A DNA stretch of 63,747 bases from Carcharhinus longimanus (lineage: Eukaryota), in the NCBI GenBank assembly GCA_030264375.1, contig JASCQW010000109.1, forward strand, positions 54,279,161-54,342,907, written 5' to 3'. The notes below the pieces were generated by a model. The model was not told the DNA's origin. It was given only the letters and a program-made list of their open reading frames with translations, and did no database searches. Below, one piece after another: positions 12,710 to 25,103 of this stretch (position 1 is its first letter; each line of letters begins with the position of its first letter). The translations under genes were made by a program, and so were the position numbers.

Positions 12710-13485
12710 GATGATGAGACAGAGTACAGGAAAGAAATAGTGAATCTGGTGGAATGGTACGATGAAAATATTCTCTCCCTTAATGTCAAAATGAAGGAGA
12801 TAGTCATCAACTTCAGGAAGTGTGGTGGAGGATATGCACCTACCTACATCAATGGGGACAAAGTGGAAATGGTCGAGAGCTTCAAGTTTTTAGGTGTCCA
12901 GATCACCAACAACCTGCCCTGGCTCCTCCATGCTGACGTTATTGTTAAGAAAGCCCACCAACGCCTTTACTTTCTCAGGGGCTAAGGAAATTTGCCATGT
13001 CCACTATGACTCTCACCAACTTTTACAGATGCACAATATAAATCATTCTTTCTGGCTATATCACAGCTTGGTATGGCTCCTGCTCTGTCCAAGACCACAA
13101 AAAAACTGCAAAGCATCATGAACAAAGTCCAGTCCATCATGCAAATTAGCCTCCCATCCATTGATTCTGTCCACATTTCCTGCTGCCTCAGAAAAGCAGC
13201 CAGCATAATCAAGACCTCACACATTCTCTTCCACCTGCTTCCATCAGGTAAAAGATACAAAAGCCTGATGACACCAACTGACTCAAGAACAGCTTCTTCC
13301 CTGCTGCCATAGACTTTTGAATGGACCTACCTTGTATTAAGCTGATCTTTCTCTACACCCTAGGTATGACTGTAACACTACATTCTGTACTCTCTCCTCT
13401 ACAAACAGTATGCTTCGTCTGTTTAGCGCACAAGAAGCAATACCTTTCACTGTATACTAATGCATGTGACAATAATAAATCAAAA
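12710..13485 (+). mobile_element. 5'-truncated Rex1/Babar-type LINE (C-terminal RT and 3' end), frameshifted
   Basis: Translates to NLVEWY..ILSLNVK.KEIVINFRK..INGDKVEMVESFKFLGVQITNNL..VKKAHQRLYFLR and ends tgtgacaataataaatcaaa. Confidence 0.8.
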
Positions 13486-14523
13486 CCTTGTAAAGGCTAA
13501 AAATAATCTTCAGTTGTAGAAATAAAGTCTTAAAATACTTAAAGCATTATTATAACATACACAAGATTCACCTATTTAAAGAACTTTTAGACGTAGTGAT
13601 CTGTATAGAAAGTAAGGAGTTAAGATATTCACCAGTCAGCACAACAATATTCATTTTGTTAACACCTAAAAATGCAGCTGCACTACAATAATGTGCTGGC
13701 CTTCAAGTGATATCTTTGGATGTTGTTTTCCAAATGTGTGTTTATACCAAGTCTCACGTAAAGTTGTTTGGGTCACACTGTAAAAGGGATGCTTCGACCC
13801 GGGTACATTGGACTTCACCTCAGACTGGTATCGCGAATGGTGCTAGGACCTCGCGAACTCCAGACCAGCCAGCGTTACCGGGGTCCACGGCTGGCAGAAG
13901 GGCATGACACTCATTGCTTGTATTTCCTTCATATTGCTTACTCTGTCATAATAAATTATTATAATAGTTTAAAGATTATAATTCTAGCCTGTCTCTTATT
14001 TAACATTCTCCAGAGTCATTAAAACAATAAAGCAGAACACGATCGAAGCCTGTTCACATCTGTGCACAAATCACATCCCCAGGTTTGCAGGGAATTATAA
14101 GCAAGACTATGAGGTGAATTAACACATGAATTGTTCTCTTGCACAGGCATATCTGCGATCCATTATGTTCAAAGCAAACCTCCTAGTATACAGCCATTTT
14201 AAAATGACAGCACATTTCTGAAAAATCGCACATACACCATATATTTATCTCATTATTGTATATTTCCTATCATATTAAATAAAAAGTTTATAACATTTGC
14301 TTATAAATAGATAAAAGTTTTACATTAGAATTTATTTGTTCCTTTCACTGGTAAGGTGAACCTAGATTTTTGTTTTCAGTCAGCTTTATTTGATATTTTT
14401 TTTTCAGTTTCTTTGCTTTTTTAAAAAACTGTTTTAAATTGTGATTTGGCTACCTAATGTCCATACAGGAAGCAAAGGATTGTTTTGGAACCAGAAATAG
14501 CTCTTTATTAGCCTCACAACACC

Positions 14524-14646
14524 TCACCTGATGAAGTAGCAGCGGTCCGAAAGCTTGTGACTCCAAATAAACCTGTTGGACTTCAACCTGATGTTGTGAG
14601 ACTCCTTACTGTGTCCACCCCAGTCCAACACCAGCATCTCCACATC
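14524..14646 (+). mobile_element. Penelope-like pseudo-LTR fragment with a minimal type-I hammerhead ribozyme motif
   Basis: TCAC-CTGATGA-agtagcagcggtcc-GAAA-GCTT-GTGA, followed by AATAAA and a Penelope-type pLTR body. Confidence 0.7.
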
Positions 14647-16171
14647 ACCTTTATTAGCAGCAACAACCTTAGGCTGTGCAGTTTTTACTGGCTCCCCAAA
14701 GGAAGGGTTGGATGCAATTGTTCCAAAGCATGGTCGAGAGAAACAGCTCAACATTTTAGCAAAAGGGTTGGGGTTTGGGAAGAGGCATCGGTGTGAGGGA
14801 GAAAGGGACAAAATGTGGAGAAAGGATAGACAGAACAAAAACAAAATTTTGTAAACAAATTTTAAAATAAGATTAGCAGGAAAAACAACAGAAAAGACAA
14901 ACATGTTCTTAAATGTTAATGCAGTACTGACAGCTGGAGTATTGATTCAGCTCTTTACAGGGATGCCAGTGGAAACATATTCACTCACAGTTAATTGCTG
15001 TAAAGTTAGGGAAGCTGAGGCTCCACAATGGAAGTGAAATGGAGACTTTCTCGCTAATTTCCTTGTTCTAGCTTAGCCTTCAATAAATAATTTGACCTAC
15101 TTATTTTTAGCTGTTTTGAATGAATAAAATATAAACGATGGTGTGGCTTTAACTTCTAAAGCTTACTCTCTAGGGCAAGGCTTTTCGCCAGATAGCTTTG
15201 ACAGGGTGACCATTCTTTCCATTGTAAGGTCACCTCGTCCAGGTAATTACCAATAAATTAGTTGTTCCCGTATGCATGTGGCTTACTATAGTAGCTATAT
15301 TATCATAATTGCTGAGGCGATGAAATGTAACTCAACTCAACTGACACAGTGCACTCCCAGCTCAACTCCTTAAGAATTGAAAAAGTCAGTAAAATCTTTG
15401 AGTTAAATTATTTTTGAGTGTCTGCTTCCTTTTTCTCCCTCTTCACATTCTCCCGATAAAGCACAGCAGCAGTTGAACAGAAAAGTGATCCCCAAGAGCC
15501 TAACAATGCTGCTTCAAATGCCACATAGGATGACGGTCTCTCTTTAATTTACTGTCTCCAAGGATTCGTCATAAGTACTGAATGTGCTTGCACAGGTGTG
15601 TTTGTGCAAATGTGCTTCATGTTGTTCTGGCCTGTTCACAGCATGTACCCATCTGTGGAGACAGAGGGTGGGAAGGCTTGGGGATGAGTCCATACCATCA
15701 TTCTGTAACAAAGGCCTTGAGGACAAACTTTTTAATTGTCAACATCATCTCCAAAACAAGTGGAAACATGATCACATTCCACAGGCTTTCCCGACATGAT
15801 TTTCATTTGCATTTAAACATCAACACTTCTTGATCCCATAGCCTAGGGGCCATTGAATAAAATAGCAATCATTTTATCACATCAGTTCTATGGCCTTCAT
15901 TTTGTGTTAAAACAGAAATATTCTTATACTAAATAACACATCATCGGTCGGGGGGGAAAATAACCTAGTAAATTCCCTTTCTATCAGTCTAGCGATTACA
16001 TTGATGTACTTCAAATATAGATTGTTTTTTAACACAGAAAAATACCAACTCATATACTATCTATCCCAAAGTTTTATTTTCCTCTGCACAATTTAAAATA
16101 AAATTCTCCTTTCTCTGCCTCCTTTGAAGGCTGTCATTGCTAGATAATAGTTCTAGAATAGTTCCAAGGTC

Positions 16172-16483
16172 AGCACAGAGGCCCAGTGGTTAGCACTGCT
16201 GCCTCACAGCACTAGGGACCCAGGTTCAATTCTGGCCTTGGGTTACTATCTGTGCAGAGTTTGAATTTTCTCCCTGTGTCAGTGTGGGTGCACTGGTTTC
16301 CTGCCACAGTCCAATTTGTGTGGGCTAGGTTGATTGGCTATGCTAAATTGACCCTACTGGCAAGGGGATTATCAGGGTAAATGTGTGGGGGTTATGGGAA
16401 TAGGGGCTGGGTGAGATTGTGGTTGGTGCAGACTTGATGGGCTGAATGGCCTCCTTCTATACGTAGGGATTCTATGATCCTAT
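16172..16483 (+). mobile_element. HE1-type SINE
   Basis: Same head, V-domain and tail as other copies. Confidence 0.8.
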
Positions 16484-16719
16484 GGGAGGTGGTGGGACGA
16501 CATTGCTGCCGAACGTGACCTTGTCTTCACTTGACATCTCCACACACAAGTGAGGGCTATTTTGACTTTGTGCAATAGTGTGCAACAGGTGATGACAAAC
16601 AATTTGCTACCACCTGTTTTACATAATCGCACAAAGTCAGAATTATCTGCAAGCATATTCAGCAGGGCTTGCTGGACAGCAGATAGGAGTGGAAACTCTT
16701 ACTCATTTTACTTCCTGTA

Positions 16720-17022
16720 ATTTTTATTTTATTCATTCATGGGACAAGGGTGTCTCTGGCTGGCCAGCATTTACTACTCATCCTTTGTTGCCTGAGGGCA
16801 GTTGAGAGTCAACCACATTGGCTGTGACTCTGAGTCACATGTAGGCTAGACCAGGTAAAGAAAGCAGATTTCCTCCCCTTAAGGACATTACTGAACCAGA
16901 TGGGTTTTTTTCCACAATCAACAATGGTTTCAGGGTCATCATAGGTTCTTAATTCCAGATTTTTTAATTGAATTCAAATTCCACCATCTGCTGTGGCAGG
17001 ATTTGAACCTGGGTCCCCTGAA
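16720..17022 (-). mobile_element. SINE type C running into a gap
   Basis: Reverse copy. Confidence 0.8.
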
Positions 17023-19843
17023 NNNNNNNNNNNNNNNNNNNNNNNNNNNNNNNNNNNNNNNNNNNNNNNNNNNNNNNNNNNNNNNNNNNNNNNNNNNNNN
17101 NNNNNNNNNNNNNNNNNNNNNNNNNNNNNNNNNNNNNNNNNNNNNNNNNNNNNNNNNNNNNNNNNNNNNNNNNNNNNNNNNNNNNNNNNNNNNNNNNNNN
17201 NNNNNNNNNNNNNNNNNNNNNNNNNNNNNNNNNNNNNNNNNNNNNNNNNNNNNNNNNNNNNNNNNNNNNNNNNNNNNNNNNNNNNNNNNNNNNNNNNNNN
17301 NNNNNNNNNNNNNNNNNNNNNNNNNNNNNNNNNNNNNNNNNNNNNNNNNNNNNNNNNNNNNNNNNNNNNNNNNNNNNNNNNNNNNNNNNNNNNNNNNNNN
17401 NNNNNNNNNNNNNNNNNNNNNNNNNNNNNNNNNNNNNNATCCCACCCATTATCTTTGTGGATCGACTGCTCAGTGAATAAACTCAGTGAGACACTAGGGG
17501 AAAATCCTCAGCGTTCATTTCAAGCTTAGTAGCGCCCAATTGTACAATTTCCGGTTGGGAGTTTTGTACGAGAATGGTATCATGCAGCCAAGGAAGCTTG
17601 CAGGCCTGATCACCAGCCGCTGTTTATTTCTCTCAGTTACAGTAACTGACTTTGGCACACGTGAGTGAGGGAACAGAAAAAACTCACTCTCAATTTTCGC
17701 CCTGGGTGTCCTGGGACAAACATTGTTGCCTTGCTGCAGAATAAAGCCAACCCCGGTGAGGGAAATATAAAGCAGTTTTCATCACTTGTCCGTGAGAATC
17801 CACAGGCAACGCGGAGCCAGAAATACTAAACTTTAATGTGTATATTTTTTTTTAAAAACTGCTTACAATGACTATTTTGTACAGCTTAATTGCAGTTTCT
17901 TCACATTTGTAGGGAGTGCCCATTTAGATGAGGTGCTAGAGCATGACCAGTGCTTGTGAAACTAAACCCCAGTGCCTTCAGGACAGAATAGAACAACAGG
18001 TGGAGGGAAGCAAGAATGAAAATAATACAATGTTATTGTAAGGAGATTTTGGCTGGGATCCTTCCATATGCTGCGTTGCTTGTGCTCGGCTGATTGTGAG
18101 TCTCCCAGGCTATGTTTTTAGACATAATCAGCCCCACACTGAAAAATGGTGCGCGGCTGATTACCATACAGAGATTGACATTTCACCAGATCCACTAGTG
18201 TCTCCCTCCACCGGGACAGGTTCCGACCAGCGGGGTCTACAACTGGGGCCCATCAACAAGGACAAGGCATGCTTACCTCAGTGGTAGGGGCAGAAGCCAT
18301 TGAGGGCTCCCCAGGAGGTCAGGGACAGGGGGGTGAAGACTAGCACCCTCACACCAGGCACTGGGCACTGGCAGAGCCAGATAGGGTAGGGCCTACTGCA
18401 GTGGGGCCTACTGTGGGCCAATCAGTGGTGGTGGAGGGAGGAGGCGATTGGGGCTGCACATTGCCGGGTGGGAAGAAATCGGGGCTGGTTATGGGGGCGG
18501 NNNNNNNNNNNNNNNNNNNNNNNNNNNNNNNNNNNNNNNNNNNNNNNNNNNNNNNNNNNNNNNNNNNNNNNNNNNNNNNNNNNNNNNNNNNNNNNNNNNN
18601 NNNNNNNNNNNNNNNNNNNNNNNNNNNNNNNNNNNNNNNNNNNNNNNNNNNNNNNNNNNNNNNNNNNNNNNNNNNNNNNNNNNNNNNNNNNNNNNNNNNN
18701 NNNNNNNNNNNNNNNNNNNNNNNNNNNNNNNNNNNNNNNNNNNNNNNNNNNNNNNNNNNAGATCCCAGGTTGAGGGGCAGAAATCCAGCCTGCAGCCAAT
18801 TACCCGCTTGTTGGAGTATAAAATTGCTATGAGGCAGACAGTGTTGGCGGGGATGTGCTCACTGCCAACTCTTCAGACAGAAGCAACGAGAAACTGTGCC
18901 ACACTGAAAACCTTGCCCAGAGTCTGTTTGAACTCAGCATGAATTTCAATCGAGCCTGCAGTCTTCAGGTTTCCCACCTGTGTGAGTCACACGTCCCCTT
19001 CCCCCTGATAGCAAAAAGGGAAACTGTCAGAAGTGGAGATGGGACTCGAGCAGTCAGGTCCAACCTGCCATTTTGGAAGGTCTCCAGAGTTGGCCTGACT
19101 TCCCAAGGACCTGGTCCATTGCCTTTGAAATAAACCTTCCACTATCTGACAAACAGAGCCATGTTTATTAAATGGGCACAGCCTTCTTCAAATAATAAGT
19201 GCCTTTTCTTTTAGTTGCTTGCACAGGAAAGAATAATTGGCTTTATGTCAGGAACAAAGAACAAACAAAGAACATCACAGCACAGGAACAGGCCCTGCGG
19301 TCCTACAAGCCCGCGCCGCCCATTTTATCACTCAGTGACTGCCTCATTCAAGTCCTTCTTCTACCTATGACTTTTGTGTACATCTAGTGGACTCCACAAT
19401 AAAGGTGTGCAAATTTAGGGAATTATATGTGCGCCAGATTAAGGGAGATCCAATTTAAGGACAATTTCTTGACACCAACAGCCGAAAAGCACTTTTTACA
19501 TAATAAGGAAGTATTACAGCTTGAAAAATATCACTCTCACTTGCTGCAAATGGTGAATGTTTTTTCATTCATGTTGCTGACCATGAGTGAAAAGAAAACT
19601 TTTAAGAAGACATCACTTAAAGCTGAAACATATGGATGCAAAATGCACTTTTACATAGATACTGCAGTGTACAAAATTTTATTTATGACAGTATGATCAT
19701 TCAGTATTAGGAGATAATGCAAGAAAAATAATTACTATGTACAACTTTTTTTTACATTGATGGAAAGAATAATAGATATTCAGAAGTAATTACAAGTCAA
19801 TAAACTGACTGATGAGAGCAAAACCAAAACAGTTTATAACCTT

Positions 19844-19930
19844 TGAAATGATATTACAGTTTTAAAATCTCTGAAATGATATTACGGTTTTAAAATCAAG
19901 TTTTTAAGTTTTAAAATCAAGTTTTTTTTT
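19844..19930. repeat. Short tandem duplications
   Basis: tgaaatgatattac(a/g)gttttaaaatc occurs twice, then gttttaaaatcaagttttt occurs twice. Confidence 0.85.
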
Positions 19931-20216
19931 GTAATCGGAACTTTGTGAAGATGTCTGATATGTCCTTTAAATTAAAACATTTGGATTTAAGTGTACACAG
20001 CACACTTTCAAAATTTGTTTCTGGTATGAAACTTGGAGTGTAATAAAGACTGAGGAAGATAGCAATTAACTTCAAGAGAAGCTGCTGGAACGAGCGGACA
20101 CACAGAACTGAAAGACAGCACAGGACAGCTGATGTGATACGCTTTGTTAGAAAGAATGAGGATACCAGAAATGATGGATTGAAATTATCCAGACGCACCA
20201 GAAGCTAGGGATATTG

Positions 20217-20343
20217 ACCGGAATTTTATGGTCCTGGCTGCCACAGGAATCGGAGCGGGCGAAGGGCAGAATATGGGAAGGTCTGTTGACTACGGGTAGG
20301 ATTTTACGGCTTTGGGATGAGTGAGGCCGTAAAATCTCACCCA
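20217..20343 (-). repeat. Short MITE-like interspersed repeat (copies at about 4162-4318 +, 5701-5795 +, partial 20666-20720)
   Basis: Shared ends ggcgggattttcc...ggtaaaattccggcc with internal inverted repeats, recognisable across the copies. Confidence 0.55.
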
Positions 20344-22585
20344 TTGTCCTGAGAACAGACAAGGTTAAGAAGAGATATGGTATAGGTGTTCAAATAATAA
20401 AATATTTAAGTAGATTTGGCAAATGAATCAGTGGTGTCATGAGAGTCTTGTGTAGGTAGTAATTAGTTGGGATTTGGAATTCAATGTCTGGTAATGTGGT
20501 GGAGATTGATTAAATAGCATCTCTCAAAGGGATAAATAATTGAAGGAGAAAAACATTTGCGATATGGAAAAAGTGGGGTAAAATGGGATTAACAGAATTG
20601 CTGTTTAATAGGGTTGACAGAGGCTTGATTGGCAAAATATACTCCATCTGTGCCGTACTATTCTGTGGAGTAAATTTTCTGGTCCCAGCCATCTCAAGGT
20701 CTGTTGACTTCAGGTGGGAATAATGTTCACACGAGGTTCCACTGCCACAGCAACAAATAATATAGAGATGTTGAGGAGCATAAGGCTTTGAAAGTTCAGA
20801 TACACAAATGAGAAAATGCTTATAATGCTGAAAAATCCTATGAGATATGCGTTATTAATAGGCACATACAAGTAGAAACTGTCATCATAATTTTCAAATC
20901 ATAAATAGCAGCAAAAAAGGATGACTCTTGGAGAGTAACATCATTGATCTGATTGGTGGTGCTGTATTGGTAAATGGAAGTTTGTAGGCATTCTGTACAA
21001 CCACCAAAAACAGACATTCGACAACTTACTTGCACAAGTCACTGAAATGAGGCCAGCAGGTAAATTTTGGGCCAGTTTGGGGCAGCCTAGTTGGCAGATG
21101 TGCTGCCGATGCAGCCCCGTTTCTGGTCTCGAAAAGAGAGCCAGCCAAATTTTTACTGCATAGAATACAAAAGCAAAGAGATTAATGCTCTATTGTGACC
21201 CATTTTGGAGGCCTTACTTTTGTAAAGATGTCAAGGCTGGCTATGAAGAGTGTGTCAAAGAGATTCACTGAGACAATAATGGGGATGAAAGACTTCAGTT
21301 CTAAGGGCAGATGAGAGATACAGCAGCTCTTTTCATTAAAAGAAAGGTTAAAGGGAGGTGCTGGCAAAATCATAAAGGGTTTTGATACGATACGTTGTGG
21401 AATTCATTTTCCAGCAGAGCCAGTCTCAGGCACAGTGCGCGTGTGTGAATTGCAAGCCAGCATTTCAAGTCTGTGTAATTTCAATTCTCAAGTCTCATTT
21501 AAAATGATCACTCCACTTCCAAAGAGGGTGCAGAACAATTGCCAGAAGGGGAAGTGATGGGTAGGGAAGGTCTTGGAAAGGGTCCTTCAGGCAGCAAAGG
21601 GTGGGTTCAGGGAAGGGAGGTCAAGGTTTTCCTTGCGACAATGTACCCATTCTGCCTTGAGACTCAAAAAGGAACTAAGCTAATTTAGACATTACAGCAC
21701 AATGAACTGTGGGATTCAATTGGTTCAAAGGTGAAAAGGGAGTAAGTGAAGGGATGGGGCAGAATGGTAGTTGAACATGTGCCCACTCCTGATATTAGTT
21801 AGACCAGTCGAGATGTACAGGAGCAAAGATGGTAATGGTCCGATGGATGGAACAATGGCAAAAGAGAAACAGTAGAAGGTTAATCACCAGTGTAGCACTT
21901 TCAGACTGGTTGTAAAACAGACTGGGTTGAGTGAATGCTAAAGGTGGAATCATTCAACTTTTTTACCATATTGTATAAAAAGACAAATAAGAAAGTAAGC
22001 ATCAGTTGGTGAAAAATTCAGAGAAATTCTAGGTATGGAAACATTTTATAGACTGACAATAAAGCCTATTAACATTTAATGGAAGAAATTGTTTATTAAA
22101 AGGGGAACTGCTGCCACTTTGAGCAGCAACTCAACTAAAAGAGTCAGGCACCAAGATTAAGTCATGCATGAGCATTGCAGAAGTATCTTGTAATGTACTT
22201 TATGTCTTTTTTGCAATGGAAACAGTATCATCCAATTATGAGTGATATTGACCCAGATTCTGCAGTGCCAATGGTGGTCATTGTCATTACTCCTCTGAAA
22301 TGGACAGCAACATCTGCAGTTTGCACAGTTAAATAGAGAAGCCAGTAAGTTAACCAGGAGCAACAGTGTGCCATTAGTTGATTCTATTGCTATAGCATAG
22401 CCCCAATTCATTTTATTTAATTATCTAGTTATTACATGTAAAAACAAATGTGCAGCTAAAATTTGCTAGTTTTGGAATGATTGTTTTAACCTACTTTGTG
22501 AACTGGATTACTCAACCTATTTTTGACTTTAGTGGGTTTTTGTGAGGGGGGGAGCAATGATCAGTTTAGTTTTGAGAAAGTGAAA

Positions 22586-22840
22586 TCATATCTGAGGAGT
22601 GCTTTCGAGAAATTCAAGTCGCTCCTCAATTAGTCGGAGATTCTCTTCAAGCTCTTTTTGCTTGATTAACAAAGCCTTTTTCATCTGGATAAAGTGCTGA
22701 CAGTGCTGAAGCTGCTTCTCAGTGAGGTAGTTTGTTAAGATGCTGAAGATCACCCGTTCTCGGTGGTCTTGATGTTCCTTCAGTCCTCTGGCATCTTCAT
22801 GCTGGCGGGAGAGCATCTGGTGTCTTTCTTTCAATGACTT
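22586..22840 (-). CDS. SHROOM1: Shroom terminal coding exon (255 nt including TGA), ASD2 C-terminal coiled coil
   Basis: Acceptor ttttttgtttag. Encodes KSLKERHQMLSRQHEDARGLKEHQDHRERVI...HFIQMKKALLIKQKELEENLRLIEERL. Confidence 0.92.
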   Translation of the reverse strand, partial: KSLKERHQMLSRQHEDARGLKEHQDHRERVIFSILTNYLTEKQLQHCQHFIQMKKALLIKQKELEENLRLIEERLEFLESTPQI

Positions 22841-23144
22841 CTAAACAAAAAACAACCTGTATTAGAACTAGCAAATCTTTCTCACTGGCTGCAGTAAGTC
22901 CGAGAATGTACTATTTTATAAGGGCAAGAACATTATACTACATTTAACAACAAATATTTTTCTAGCTTTATAGAAGAGTTGTCTTAAAGTTTCATGTCTC
23001 ACCTAAGAGAAGGCACTGCTGACAATGCAGCACTCCTGCAGTGCTGCAGTGATTCTGATAATTCACCATATTGTTGTCAGATGTTTGATAATGGTTAACT
23101 GGCATTTCTGAAAATTATGGGGACTCCATGGATTTATTTGTTAA

Positions 23145-23427
23145 ATAAAGTTAATTGATTAGTCACCAGTGAGGCTTACATTAACACTACAATGAAGTTA
23201 TTGTGAAATTCCCCGAGTCGCCACACTCCGGCGCCCGTTCGGGTCAATGCACCTAAATGGCACGTTTTTCAGACTGTGGGAGGAAACTGGAGCACATAGA
23301 GGAAACCCATGCAGACGCGGGGAGAACGTGCAAGCTCCACACAGACAGTGACCAAAGCCGGGAATCGAACCCAGCTCCCTGGCATTGTGAGGCAGCAATA
23401 CTAACTACTGTGCCACTGTGCCGCCCT
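23145..23427 (-). mobile_element. V-SINE type B
   Basis: Reverse complement of the 10024-10330 type. Confidence 0.8.
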
Positions 23428-23620
23428 TCGTAACACTGTGGAGGGGAATCTAAGGCTTGACAATGTGGAGTTCAGTTTATGATCGAGTTTTCTGTGTCTG
23501 GAAGCATCTGGTCAAATACTGGATGTGATAACACTAGGTCAGATATGAGTGTATAACGACAGCAGGTAATGAATCATTGGACTTTTCCATTGTGCAATGA
23601 TTACTTAGGCTGTAGCAAAC

Positions 23621-23942
23621 TTTTTTATTTGTTTATGGGATATAGGCTGGGCCAGCATTTATTGTCCATCCCTGAGGTCATTTGAGAATCAACCATATTG
23701 TTGTGGATCCAAAGTCACAAATAGGCCAAACCAGGTAAGGGCAGTAGATACTTTTTTCCCTCAAGGACAGAACCATATGGGTTTTTAATAGTTTTATGGC
23801 CATCATTAGTCTTTCAATTGCAGGTGTTAATTGAATTCAAATTCCACCATCTGGTGAGATTTGAACCAGGGTTCCCAGAGCATTTCCCTGGGTCTCTGGA
23901 TTACTAGTCCAGCAATAATACCATTGTGCCACTGCCTCCCCA
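23621..23942 (-). mobile_element. SINE type C
   Basis: Reverse copy. Confidence 0.8.
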
Positions 23943-24680
23943 TTGAGAAGGGGCATCCCAGATTCTTAGACATCTAGACAAGGCCAAGCAGTGGGGAGGA
24001 GTTCTCAAGGTCTGGCATCACAGAGACTTCCATTCTCTTTAAAAACTAAATGCAATGGCATCACTTATATCCACCTGAACAGGTAGACGTTCTAATGTCT
24101 TATTCAAAAGAAAATGTTATCTCTGACTTGAATATTTTGAATATATACCAATATCAATAATGCTGTAATTTTAACACCAAGGTCAGTCAAGGATATTCTG
24201 AGATCTTCAAGTCTCCAATATAGTTTCTTCCTGACACATTATCATTAAACAATTCCAGATTCCTTCAACTAAATCCTTCGTCACATTTCTGGTGAATCTG
24301 AGACAGGCCAGAAGGACAGTGATTGAATTTGAATTCGCTTTGCTGTGCTGCTCATTTAACCTTGTCATTAGATTTTACAACAACCTGCAAAATAAATTTA
24401 TCATGAAAAGGTTGAATAAAGGACTCATATCTTCCTCAAGCAGCATTTCCAAATGAGGAATGAGGCTCTGATATGCATGAATCAAATCAGCTGATGTGCT
24501 CTGAGTATCTCAAGAATGTGCTACTTTAAAGTGACCTTTTTTTATACATTATTGTGCTGGAATGTTAATCCCTTCTTGAAGCAGTTGCTGCAACATGTTT
24601 GAGCTTTTTTCTCCACTAAGATTGAATGTGCGAGCTTACATGCAGTAGCAAGACTAATTACTTAATACTTTAACAACTGA

Positions 24681-25103
24681 GGGTGGCACGGTGGCACAGT
24701 GGTTAGCACTGCTGCCTCAAAGTGCCAGAGAACTGGGTTCGAATCCTGGCTTGAGTCACTGTGTGGGGTCTGCATGTTCTCCCCATGTCTGCGTGGGTTT
24801 TCTCCTGGTCTCCAGTTTCCTCCCACAGTCTGAAAGGCATGTTGGCTAGATAAATAAAAGCAAATTACTGCGGATCTTGGAATCTGAAACCAAAAGAGAA
24901 AATGCTGGAAAATCTGGCAGCATCTGTAAGGAGAGAAAAGAGCTGATGTTTTGAGTCCAGTTGACCCTTTATCATGCTGGTTAAATGCAATGGTCATCTA
25001 AATTCTTCCTCAGTGTAGCAGAACAGGTGCCGGAATAGGACGACTAGGGGATTTTCACAGTAATTTCATTGCAGTGTTGATGTAAGCCTACTAATAAATA
25101 AAC
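24681..25103 (+). mobile_element. V-SINE type B interrupted by a Penelope-like fragment
   Basis: Head at 24681-24850 and tail at 24975-25103. Confidence 0.8.
24850..24974 (-). mobile_element. Penelope-like pLTR fragment inserted in a SINE
   Basis: The minus strand reads tgataaagggtcaactggactcaaaacatc...acagatgctgccag, a decayed hammerhead plus pLTR body. It is flanked by duplicated host sequence catgttggctag / catgctggttaa. Confidence 0.6.

Noticed and set aside
16939-18942. Long ORFs made of X residues
   Set aside because: Artefacts of translating N gaps. The same applies near 29700-30300, 37700-38150, 48140-48370 and 60290-60750.
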